Source of the DNA: an uncultured Gammaproteobacteria bacterium
GTDB taxonomy: Bacteria; Patescibacteriota; Microgenomatia; Levybacterales; UBA12049
Assembly: GCA_964416445.1 (NCBI GenBank)
Contig: CAYQEE010000008.1
Span: forward strand, 6,450-70,449
Direction: 5' to 3'
Length of the DNA stretch: 64,000 nucleotides
Shown here in pieces: positions 19,465 to 27,985 of the stretch. Below the pieces are notes generated by a model. That model searched no databases and was not told the origin of the DNA. It was given only the letters and a program-made list of their open reading frames with translations. A program made the position numbers and the translations under genes. Every line of letters starts with the position of its first letter. Positions within the stretch are counted from its first letter, which is position 1.

Positions 19465-20385
19465 TTAATTTTGAATCGTTACGCAAGCAGTACCAATATC
19501 TGATCCATTTGCGCTATTATCACCATCATGAACTGTATAAACTGCTAAGTAACTATGTCCGGTGGTTAACCCAAGATTGTTGACGCTGTAAACCACCTCT
19601 GAACCATAGTCACAAATATTACCTGAACAAACGACATTTCCTTCTGCAGGAAACTGATCTGCACCTGTTGGAAGTTGACTTTGATTTTTCGGCTGCGGAT
19701 CTCCTCCGATATTATAATCTTTCCATGTTCCGTAGACAGCGTCAGGGACATGGGGATTTCCTGCATGAACAGCATCAATTGGTTGTCCATTTGGATTAAG
19801 CGTTAAATCGAGTAAAAATAAGGAAGGGAATACATAAAAACCTGCTGGATCTTTAATAGTAGTATCTCCTACACCAACCCCTGGTTGTGATGGAAAAACA
19901 GAATCGACTGGGTGAGTCTTCATTTGAGGTGTTGTTGTTCCCGCTCCCAGTGTCATTGCGTGTTCATCATGATACCAAAATTCTATTTTCCCCCCAGCTG
20001 AAACAGATTGTCCCGAAGGAGGATAAACGGCAAAAACATTCTCAGTTTCTCGTTTTACTCCGAGTTGTTGCAAGAGAGTAGTTATACCAGTTCCACAATT
20101 GAAAGGAACAGTAGTAGGAGAAGGTGAAAGGCTAGATGTTGGCGTTGGAGGAATAGAAATAAATGAAAGCGTTTTTAATTGCAGTGTTGCATGCGAAGGA
20201 TCAGCGGTTGGTGTGACAAGTACATATTTTGTTCCATCATAGGGTGGATTTACTGAATTAATAAATCCTGTTGCTAAGAGAAAAGCAAAGAGTGCAATAC
20301 CTATCAGTACAAATGTTATATATCCCTTATTTGTTTCAATGGATTTTCTTTTTCGAGACATTTTTTTTGTTTTTTGTTTTCTCAT
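19465..20385 (-). CDS. membrane-anchored secreted hypothetical protein
   Basis: Lys/Arg-rich N-terminus then a TM helix (ITFVLIGIALFAFLLA). The rest is extracellular with S/T/P-rich segments. Start placed at an internal Met (ORF extends to 20508). Confidence 0.5.
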   Translation of the reverse strand: MRKQKTKKMSRKRKSIETNKGYITFVLIGIALFAFLLATGFINSVNPPYDGTKYVLVTPTADPSHATLQLKTLSFISIPPTPTSSLSPSPTTVPFNCGTGITTLLQQLGVKRETENVFAVYPPSGQSVSAGGKIEFWYHDEHAMTLGAGTTTPQMKTHPVDSVFPSQPGVGVGDTTIKDPAGFYVFPSLFLLDLTLNPNGQPIDAVHAGNPHVPDAVYGTWKDYNIGGDPQPKNQSQLPTGADQFPAEGNVVCSGNICDYGSEVVYSVNNLGLTTGHSYLAVYTVHDGDNSANGSDIGTACVTIQN

Positions 20386-20472
20386 TACTCTTATGGTAAA
20401 GAAAAGAAGACCTACTTGTAAAGAGGGCCGAATTACCATAAGATAAATATAAATAGCAATAGAAATTAGTCT

Positions 20473-20775
20473 ATGACGCCAACACCCTGCCCACCGAATT
20501 CGACACAAACGGATTTTGGCTGTATACCAAATGATCCGGGAGGTTTTACGTCCAAATTTTATGGTATTGGTTTGGGATTAGTTGCCGCTGCATCACTTCT
20601 TTTTATTCTTTATGGTGGTTATTTAATCATTACTTCACAAGGTAATCCAACACAATTTAATCGAGGGAAAGGGTATGTCTTTTATTCAATCATGGGCCTT
20701 CTTTTTGCTGTTCTTGCAGCTGTTTTTTTCCAATTAGTCGTTGTCGATTTTTTACATATCCCAGGATTTAAATAA
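20473..20775 (+). CDS. small two-helix membrane protein, VirB2/TrbC-pilin-like
   Basis: 100 aa. Cys-containing N-terminal segment, two hydrophobic helices (GLGLVAAASLLFILYGGYLII and MGLLFAVLAAVFFQLVVV) separated by a short polar loop. Stop is directly followed by the ATG of the next gene. Confidence 0.55.
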   Translation: MTPTPCPPNSTQTDFGCIPNDPGGFTSKFYGIGLGLVAAASLLFILYGGYLIITSQGNPTQFNRGKGYVFYSIMGLLFAVLAAVFFQLVVVDFLHIPGFK

Positions 20776-23700
20776 ATGAAAAGAATCTGCCTATTAGTTT
20801 TAATGGTTCTTCTGCTCTTCTTTGGAATATCATTGCATTTCTCTGTTCAGCATTCCTATGCTCAAACACCAACTCCAACAATGGATCCTAATATTGCTGA
20901 TGGTGATTGGTTGCCTGATGCAGATGTTACCTTTCAAGGAAAGACAGCTTCCCGTTCTGCATTGCTGTTAAATCTTGTTCTGAAAAATTATCAATGGGCA
21001 ACCATTGGAGGAGAACAATCATTAATTATTTTCTGGACAAATATTAGAAATGTCGTTTACGCGATTTTACTGCTCGTACTTCTTGCAGCAGCCTTTGCCA
21101 TTATTATTAGCGGAGGAAAAAGTCTTACTGCATGGACCTTCGCGCGAAGGTTTATCATCATGGTTATTTTAATATGGTTTTCGTTTGCGTTAACACGTTT
21201 TCTGTATGAAGTAATTGATATTATTATTGGTTTTTTCAACAGGAATCCTCAAGGAGTTATTATTACCTCAAAAGATCTCTTCAATATGTCGTTTAATTAC
21301 CAAGGGTTTATTGGTCTTCGAAGATTTGGACCCTCATATGACGAATCTGCATTCGTTTCTTTATTGCTTGTGCGACTTACCGCAATTACCTATTATGTTA
21401 TGTCCGGAATTTTACTTGTAAGAAAAATTATCTTATGGTTCTTTATCGCGGTATCACCTATTTATCCATTGCTCTTATTCCATTTTCCTATTCGTAATAC
21501 GGCAAAGATATGGATAGGTGAATTTTTTCGATGGTTACTCTATGCGCCATTATTCTTCATTTTTCTTTCATCCTTAGTTGTTGTATGGCAACATAATATT
21601 GATATTTTTCCATTTCAGTACATACAAAATCAAATTGTTTATCCCACTGCAATTAATATTCTCCTTGGTGGTCCTGGACAACAATTAACTGTTGATAATA
21701 GTGTAAATTACAATGATACCTTTGCCGAGTATGTCATTGCATTGATCATGTTATGGATTGTTATTTTTCTTCCATTTATTCTTCTGCGAATCTTTTTAGA
21801 TTATCTTTGGAGCTTAAATCTTGACAAAGATAATACGCTTGGTTATCTCCAAAATGTAGTGAAAAGAGTTCCCGGAAGTCAGTATATCTTTCCTAATTCA
21901 CCTCTGCCACCAGGAAAATATCCTCCTGGACCACCTCCAGGAACCCATCCCACAGGGATGGCAAAACCAATTTTGTATGGTACAACTGGTCTTGCTCGTG
22001 AATTACCAACTGCAGCAGCGTTAAGCGAACACAAATCTACCGTTAAGGAAATAGCAAAACCAACACAAACACATACTTCAGTAGTGAATAATGTGTATAA
22101 TAACGTGACGACACAAACTCCTGCCTTTAAGTCAGAAAAAACGAGTGTCGAAACAGCAAAATTGGTTAATTTCCCCATTCCTCGAATGCGAGATATTGCC
22201 CATCTTGAAACCAATCGGTCTAGTTCACAAATAACAAAACAGCAACAAATTAGTCGAATGCATGAAACCCTCGAAAAAATTGCAAATCCTCAAAGTATTA
22301 CCAATACAGTAGAGCGGCAACAATTTACTCAACTTCGAGATAAATTACTGCAACAAAGTCAAAAAGGTGAACCATTAGCGACTTCAATATTGAAAGCAGC
22401 AAATACAGTAACGAATCAATCAACCAAATCAGTTATTACGCAATCGACACATGAGACAGTTACCCAGATCCAGCAGATGATCCAAAAAATCAATAATCCT
22501 GAAATCGTAACCGATAATTCACAAAGACAGCAATTTACCGTATTGAAGAACAAACTCGCGCAAGCAAGTAAACAAGGAGACCAATATGCAACAACAGTCA
22601 TGAATATGAAGAGTGAGTCTCAAGTTCAACAAACAATTCAAAAGCTTTCAGCACCACAAACTATTACCAATGCAGTTGAACGTGAGCAATTTACAAAACT
22701 TAAAGCACAATTAATTGAAAAAAGTAAACAGGGAGATACTGTTGCGACGTCTCTTCTTGCTGCTTCAGAAACAGTTGCAAAAGCAAACGAGAGTACGCTT
22801 CCTCAAGCAAATCAAGTGCAAACGGTTAATCTTGAAGATTATGAAGAAGTGAAGAAGACTTGGTTGGAAAACTACAAGAAAATGGAAATTCCTAATACAG
22901 CGGAAAATAAAACAAGAAAAGATTGGATTCAAAAAGACTTACAAAAGATGACAGAAACGATTGACTTATTAAATTCACAAGATCAACAAAAAGTAAGTCA
23001 AGGAATGCAGGAAGTATCACAGTTATTACCATTCTTACTTATTGGTGGTTTCTCACAAACTGAAGTGGTTGCTTATTTACAAGCCAAGAAACATGCAGCA
23101 GAAGAAGCACTGACTCAAATAAAAGATTCTGATAACGAGGAAGACACTATGGTTGATGCAACAAAGAGAGAAGCACATGCAACAAAACATATGCAAGCAT
23201 CGGTAGTGAATACTGCAGATTTTTCGTCAAATAGTGACGATGAATCTGATGAAAATCCACTTTCTAATATTTTACAGGGCTATTCACAAAGAATTCAAAC
23301 AATAAAGAAAGAAGCGCCAAAATTAAAATCCGAACAAACGAGTCAAAAAACATTGAAGCTCCTCAATTTTTCAATACCAACCATTTCAGATATCGCTCGG
23401 TATGAAAGCGCTCCTATTACTGCACAACAAAATGTCCAACAAGAAATGACCCAAGTAAATGAAATGTTGAAGAATCTTGCTTTCCCTGAATCTATCCCTC
23501 AAGAAGATCAAAAACAACAGTTTATTCTCATGAAACAACAATTAGTTGAGTCTGCCCAGAAAGGTGATCCTCTTGCGAACGCAATATTATTTTCAGTCAA
23601 TACCATTTCTCAAACAAACATCATGGCTCAGTCGAATCAGCAATATACTCAGGCAATGAATTCTTTGTTACAAACAATTCAGAAGTTTATTAATCCAAAA

Positions 23701-24483
23701 ATAAGTGCGCAAGATGCTGAAGAAAAACAATTCATGCAAATGAAACAAACAATTACGAATGAAGCTGCGCAAGGAAATCCTTATGCCGCATTTGTTATCA
23801 ATATTGCGGATAAAGTTTCTCAAACGACTCCTGAAAACCAAGGTCAAGTTTCAAATACCGTGCAAGAGTTACTTCTTAATATCTCCAATCCTATGAATAA
23901 TACAAATACTGATCAACAACAATACTATACCCAAATTAAACAGGAATTAGAAAAAAGAAATGCAGCAGGGGATCCCGTAGCAAATGCAATAATGCTAGTC
24001 CTGCCACATATCATACCGACAAAATCAGTCTTACCTCAAACCAATGATGTTCAAACAGTCAATTTAGATGATTATGAAGCGGTACGGAGTATGTGGCATG
24101 ATATTTATAAATCGTCAGAAGTGCCTGCTATCTCTGCAAATCCAAAACCAACAAGACAAGAATGGATTCGAGAAGATATGAAGCACCTTTCAGAAACAAT
24201 GGCCATGTTAAAATCCGAAGACTCAGAAAAAATAGCATTAGGCATGCAACAAGTTGGTAGCTTATTACCATTCTTACTTATTGGTGGTTTCTCACAAAGT
24301 GAAATTGTTGCTTACTTGCAAGCAAAGCAACAAGCAGGAGCAGATGTCTTACAAGAATTATCAGAAAAAGAGGCAGAAGAAGATTCACAAGTAACACTGA
24401 CTGCAAAAAAGAATGAAACCGTATTGAGCCAAGCCCAATCAGAACAACTACCAGAGCAAGAAAGTGAAAAGCATGAGAACTAA
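20776..24483 (+). CDS. large polytopic membrane protein (signal peptide plus about 6 TM, VirB6/TrbL-like topology) with repeat-rich cytoplasmic C-terminal domain
   Basis: 1235 aa. Signal peptide, about six TM helices between aa 90 and 340, Pro-rich segment (PLPPGKYPPGPPPG), then two tandem copies of a roughly 360 aa unit built from about 50 aa repeats. Confidence 0.7.
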   Translation: MKRICLLVLMVLLLFFGISLHFSVQHSYAQTPTPTMDPNIADGDWLPDADVTFQGKTASRSALLLNLVLKNYQWATIGGEQSLIIFWTNIRNVVYAILLLVLLAAAFAIIISGGKSLTAWTFARRFIIMVILIWFSFALTRFLYEVIDIIIGFFNRNPQGVIITSKDLFNMSFNYQGFIGLRRFGPSYDESAFVSLLLVRLTAITYYVMSGILLVRKIILWFFIAVSPIYPLLLFHFPIRNTAKIWIGEFFRWLLYAPLFFIFLSSLVVVWQHNIDIFPFQYIQNQIVYPTAINILLGGPGQQLTVDNSVNYNDTFAEYVIALIMLWIVIFLPFILLRIFLDYLWSLNLDKDNTLGYLQNVVKRVPGSQYIFPNSPLPPGKYPPGPPPGTHPTGMAKPILYGTTGLARELPTAAALSEHKSTVKEIAKPTQTHTSVVNNVYNNVTTQTPAFKSEKTSVETAKLVNFPIPRMRDIAHLETNRSSSQITKQQQISRMHETLEKIANPQSITNTVERQQFTQLRDKLLQQSQKGEPLATSILKAANTVTNQSTKSVITQSTHETVTQIQQMIQKINNPEIVTDNSQRQQFTVLKNKLAQASKQGDQYATTVMNMKSESQVQQTIQKLSAPQTITNAVEREQFTKLKAQLIEKSKQGDTVATSLLAASETVAKANESTLPQANQVQTVNLEDYEEVKKTWLENYKKMEIPNTAENKTRKDWIQKDLQKMTETIDLLNSQDQQKVSQGMQEVSQLLPFLLIGGFSQTEVVAYLQAKKHAAEEALTQIKDSDNEEDTMVDATKREAHATKHMQASVVNTADFSSNSDDESDENPLSNILQGYSQRIQTIKKEAPKLKSEQTSQKTLKLLNFSIPTISDIARYESAPITAQQNVQQEMTQVNEMLKNLAFPESIPQEDQKQQFILMKQQLVESAQKGDPLANAILFSVNTISQTNIMAQSNQQYTQAMNSLLQTIQKFINPKISAQDAEEKQFMQMKQTITNEAAQGNPYAAFVINIADKVSQTTPENQGQVSNTVQELLLNISNPMNNTNTDQQQYYTQIKQELEKRNAAGDPVANAIMLVLPHIIPTKSVLPQTNDVQTVNLDDYEAVRSMWHDIYKSSEVPAISANPKPTRQEWIREDMKHLSETMAMLKSEDSEKIALGMQQVGSLLPFLLIGGFSQSEIVAYLQAKQQAGADVLQELSEKEAEEDSQVTLTAKKNETVLSQAQSEQLPEQESEKHEN
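22123..24393 (+). repeat. Protein-level tandem duplication inside the 20776-24483 CDS: two units, each with an intro segment, three roughly 50 aa repeats and a roughly 120 aa module
   Basis: Unit A about 22123-23175, unit B about 23317-24393. Intro segments TSVETAKLVNFPIPRMRDIAHLE and TSQKTLKLLNFSIPTISDIARYE. Six repeats of consensus L.K(I/L).NP..IT...E..QF..LK..L....KQGD..A...L. The 120 aa modules share QTVNL(E/D)DYE...LLPFLLIGGFSQ(T/S)E(V/I)VAYLQAK. Confidence 0.75.
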
Positions 24484-24504
24484 TATCTTTTCGGAAAGTA
24501 GTTC

Positions 24505-24534
24505 TTGACGTTATTGTTGCACTAAAGCGATAAT
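24505..24534 (+). promoter_or_regulatory. candidate promoter for the Clp-like ATPase gene
   Basis: TTGACG, 17-18 nt spacer, GATAAT, in the 68-nt gap after the membrane-protein gene. Confidence 0.35.
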
Positions 24535-24551
24535 GATATAATATAACTAAT

Positions 24552-27500
24552 ATGTTTAGCGGTTTTTTTAATAATAAAAGACATGAGGATCAGGATTATC
24601 AACAAGTTCCTGTTTATACTGGACAACCGCAACCTATTTCGCCAACAAATCAACCGCAACAACCACAAAGCTCTGGAATTGGATCAACAATGCAACCAGC
24701 AATGCGTGAAGAAGTTACGGCACTCTCTCACTTAGATCCTCGCGCTGTTGAAGTCCTCAATGTTGCGCAGCAAGAAACTTCTCGAATAAAGCAAGCATTT
24801 ATTGAACCAGACCAACTGCTCTTTGCATTACTCTTTGATAAAGATATTTTTAAATTACTTGAACAATTTAATTTAAAAGTTGCTGATGTCTCGAGAGAAA
24901 TTCAAGAGAAAGAGAAAATAGGTACTTTTTTAGGACAACCAACGCTTTCCCAAGATACCAAAAAAATATTTGGGCAGGCATATGGATTAGTAAAAACTCG
25001 AAGTGCTGAATTTATTACTCCAGAAGACTTGCTTATTTCTCTCATGGACGCGAATGTTCCCGCTTCAGCGATGTTGCAAGCGCAAGGACTTGGAAAAGAG
25101 AAAATAGAGGAAAAACTCAATAAATCAGGGAGTACCTATACTGTTGTTAAAAAATCATTTCTAGATAAATTTGGTATCGATTTGACCGAAGCAGCTCGAT
25201 CTGGTGCGCTTGATCCGGTGAGTGAACGAGATAAAGAAGTAGAACGAGTCATTCATATTCTTTTACGAAGAATTAAAAATAATCCGATAATTATTGGAGA
25301 AGCGGGAGTGGGTAAAACTGCTATTGTTGAGGGGCTTGCGCAAATGATCGTACAAGGAAGAGTTCCGGAAGATTTAAAAAACAAACGAATTATTCAAATT
25401 GATGTGGCCTCATTAGTTGCAGGAGCATCGCACCGAGGTGAATTTGAAGACCGTTTGCGAAGTGTTATTAAAGAAGCACAAGCATCTTCTGGTCAAGTCA
25501 TTATTTTTATTGATGAAATACATACCTTAATGGGAACCGGTGATTCAGATGGTGCTCTTGATGCTTCAAATATTATAAAACCATTTCTTGCTCGAGGTCA
25601 GTTGCAGATTATTGGAAGCACAACTACAATAGAGTATCGTCATTATTTTGAAAAAGATAAAGCATTTGCTCGACGGTTTCAAACAGTACTTTGCGAAGAA
25701 CCATCAGAAGAGTCTGCTATTAAAATGATTGATATTTTGAAAGCAAAATATGAAAGATTTCATAAGGTTACATTAACCTCAGAAGCAATTGCAGCAGCAG
25801 TTAAACTCTCGAAAAGGTATATCGGAGAACGGTATCTTCCCGATAAAGCAGTTGATGTTATTGATGAAGCAGCGGCTGATGTGAAGCTTCGTAATAATAC
25901 AGGCAATCAAAAAGGAAATGAAGTGCGAAAAGAAGACATTGATAAAGTTATTAGTAATTGGACTGGAATTCCCGTATCAAAATTGACTGAGAATGAAAGT
26001 GAAAAATTGCTTCATTTAGAGGATATTATTCACAAGCGAATGATAGATCAAGAAAGAGCCGTTAAGTCTGTTGCAGAAGCAGTACGAAGAGGAAGAATTG
26101 GTCTTGCAAATGTCATGAGACCAATTGCATCATTTATTTTCCTTGGACCATCGGGAACGGGAAAAACAGAACTCGCAAAGACTCTTGCTGAAATTCTTTT
26201 TGGTAAAGAGGATGCAATGATCCGTTTGGATATGAGTGAATATATGGAAAAGCATGAAGTGGCAAAATTAATTGGTGCACCTCCAGGATATGTTGGTTAC
26301 GAAGAAGGAGGACAGTTAACGGAAGCGGTACGTATGAAACCATATTCTGTCGTTCTCCTTGATGAAGTAGAAAAAGCTCATCCCGATGTCTTTAATATTT
26401 TATTACAGTTATTGGAAGACGGGAGACTTACGGATAATAAAGGGAATACGATCTCATTTAAAAATACCATTATTATTTGTACTTCAAATATTGGTAGTGC
26501 ATTAATTCAACAATATTTGCAATCTGATATCAGTGCGAAAACAGTTTCTCAAGATACGGCAAGTGATAGCGTAACAAAAAGAGAACAACAAGGTGATTCA
26601 AATGAAAAAAAGGCTCTTGATCCAAATCAAGCACAGAAACCTATCCAAGATAAAGAAGCAAAACAAAAAGAATTGCAGCAATTAGTAAGTGGTGAATTAC
26701 ATAAATTTTTTAGACCGGAGCTTATCAATCGTTTTGATGAGGTTATTATTTTTGAGCCGCTCGGAAGAGAAGTTATGGTAGATATAACAAAATTGCGTAT
26801 TCAGTCTACCCGAAAATTACTTCTTGAGCAAAATATTGATATAGAACTTACTCAGAAAGCGCTTGAAGAACTTGCACAAGAAGGCTATGATCCTGCGTAT
26901 GGAGCTCGGCCACTTCGTCGTTTGGTCCAATCAACTATCGAAACTCCGATTGCCAGTCTTATCTTAGGGAAAAAGTTTGTTGCAGGAGATACGATTGCAA
27001 TTGATTATGATGCAAAAGAGGAAAAATTTGTCTTTACTAAATCGAATAAACCTGCAGGATCGGTTGCTGGAGCACAAGCTCAAGAAGAATTTCCTGTGCT
27101 TCGGGCTGTTTTACGAAAACTTGCTAATCCAAATGTGATTACCGATATGACAGAACATGGTCAGTATTTAGCGTTACGTCAGACAATGGATCAAGCAAGC
27201 AAACAGGGAGATATGTATGCTACCTGGCTATTGAATATTGCGAGTTCTCTTGTACAGACTGAACAAACGAATCCTGCACAGGCAGTGTTAGATCTTAAAG
27301 GAGTGCTCCAAAAATTACTGAATCCTTCGAGCCTTCTTGACCCGAATGAATATCAACAATATGTTACCTATAAAGATCGGTTAACACAGGAAAAAGCAAA
27401 AGGTGATATGCTTGCGAGCGCAATGCTCGATAGTTTACTTTTGGTTGTTTCTCAGCAACCTGCACCGCAACCTATGCAACCGGTTTCGCAACAGCAGGTT

Positions 27501-27725
27501 CAACCCCCCGTCATGCCTGTACAGCCAGTACAAGCGAAAGCACAATATAATCCTCAAACAGAATCAATTGTTAGTCCATTAATTCCCATACAGCAGCCTG
27601 CTGCACCACAACAACCTTCTTCTCCAACACAAAGCTATGCAGATTTATTAGCACAATTTACTCGGAATACTATTCCGCAACCAACTCCTAATATAAATGG
27701 AAGCCAACCTGCACTTTCAAAGTAA
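24552..27725 (+). CDS. ClpA-like Hsp100 AAA+ ATPase with non-canonical C-terminal repeat tail
   Basis: 1057 aa. Q/P-rich leader, double Clp_N repeat, AAA1 ([27 protein letters not shown]), AAA2 ([24 protein letters not shown]). No M-domain between DEAAADV and WTGIPVSKL. No I/L-G-F/L ClpP loop. Roughly 225 aa C-terminal tail. Confidence 0.85.
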   Translation: MFSGFFNNKRHEDQDYQQVPVYTGQPQPISPTNQPQQPQSSGIGSTMQPAMREEVTALSHLDPRAVEVLNVAQQETSRIKQAFIEPDQLLFALLFDKDIFKLLEQFNLKVADVSREIQEKEKIGTFLGQPTLSQDTKKIFGQAYGLVKTRSAEFITPEDLLISLMDANVPASAMLQAQGLGKEKIEEKLNKSGSTYTVVKKSFLDKFGIDLTEAARSGALDPVSERDKEVERVIHILLRRIKNNPIIIGEAGVGKTAIVEGLAQMIVQGRVPEDLKNKRIIQIDVASLVAGASHRGEFEDRLRSVIKEAQASSGQVIIFIDEIHTLMGTGDSDGALDASNIIKPFLARGQLQIIGSTTTIEYRHYFEKDKAFARRFQTVLCEEPSEESAIKMIDILKAKYERFHKVTLTSEAIAAAVKLSKRYIGERYLPDKAVDVIDEAAADVKLRNNTGNQKGNEVRKEDIDKVISNWTGIPVSKLTENESEKLLHLEDIIHKRMIDQERAVKSVAEAVRRGRIGLANVMRPIASFIFLGPSGTGKTELAKTLAEILFGKEDAMIRLDMSEYMEKHEVAKLIGAPPGYVGYEEGGQLTEAVRMKPYSVVLLDEVEKAHPDVFNILLQLLEDGRLTDNKGNTISFKNTIIICTSNIGSALIQQYLQSDISAKTVSQDTASDSVTKREQQGDSNEKKALDPNQAQKPIQDKEAKQKELQQLVSGELHKFFRPELINRFDEVIIFEPLGREVMVDITKLRIQSTRKLLLEQNIDIELTQKALEELAQEGYDPAYGARPLRRLVQSTIETPIASLILGKKFVAGDTIAIDYDAKEEKFVFTKSNKPAGSVAGAQAQEEFPVLRAVLRKLANPNVITDMTEHGQYLALRQTMDQASKQGDMYATWLLNIASSLVQTEQTNPAQAVLDLKGVLQKLLNPSSLLDPNEYQQYVTYKDRLTQEKAKGDMLASAMLDSLLLVVSQQPAPQPMQPVSQQQVQPPVMPVQPVQAKAQYNPQTESIVSPLIPIQQPAAPQQPSSPTQSYADLLAQFTRNTIPQPTPNINGSQPALSK
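27090..27449 (+). repeat. Two copies of the same roughly 50 aa repeat family found in the upstream membrane protein, inside the Clp-like CDS tail
   Basis: [52 protein letters not shown] and [48 protein letters not shown] align with repeats such as LEKIANPQSITNTVERQQFTQLRDKLLQQSQKGEPLATSILKAANTV. Confidence 0.75.
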
Positions 27726-27772
27726 TTGTATTTGTTAACTTAACCCTTTGCCTCGCGGTACTCTTTCTATTT

Positions 27773-27985
27773 TTAATAGCCTTGATTGCCAAGGTTTCTA
27801 ATAAGGAGATTATAATCAATACCATTGACAACACCGTCATCATTGATATCTGCAAAGAGTCCTTTTGTTTGATCTGAGAGATTGTGTGCTTTACATGAAG
27901 AACTTGTTGTTTTCATTCCGTAACAATCAACAAGGATATTATAATCAGCTAAATCAACACTGTTGTCATTATTGATATCACCCAT
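27773..27985 (-). other. dockerin domain coding segment (C-terminus of the GH79-like gene)
   Basis: Two 22-residue D.N.D..V...D..L repeats in the last roughly 70 aa. Confidence 0.6.

Noticed and set aside
21879-22214. 111-aa antisense ORF within the large membrane protein gene
   Set aside because: Antisense to the Pro-rich segment (PPGPPPG gives GGPGG on the opposite strand). No independent support.
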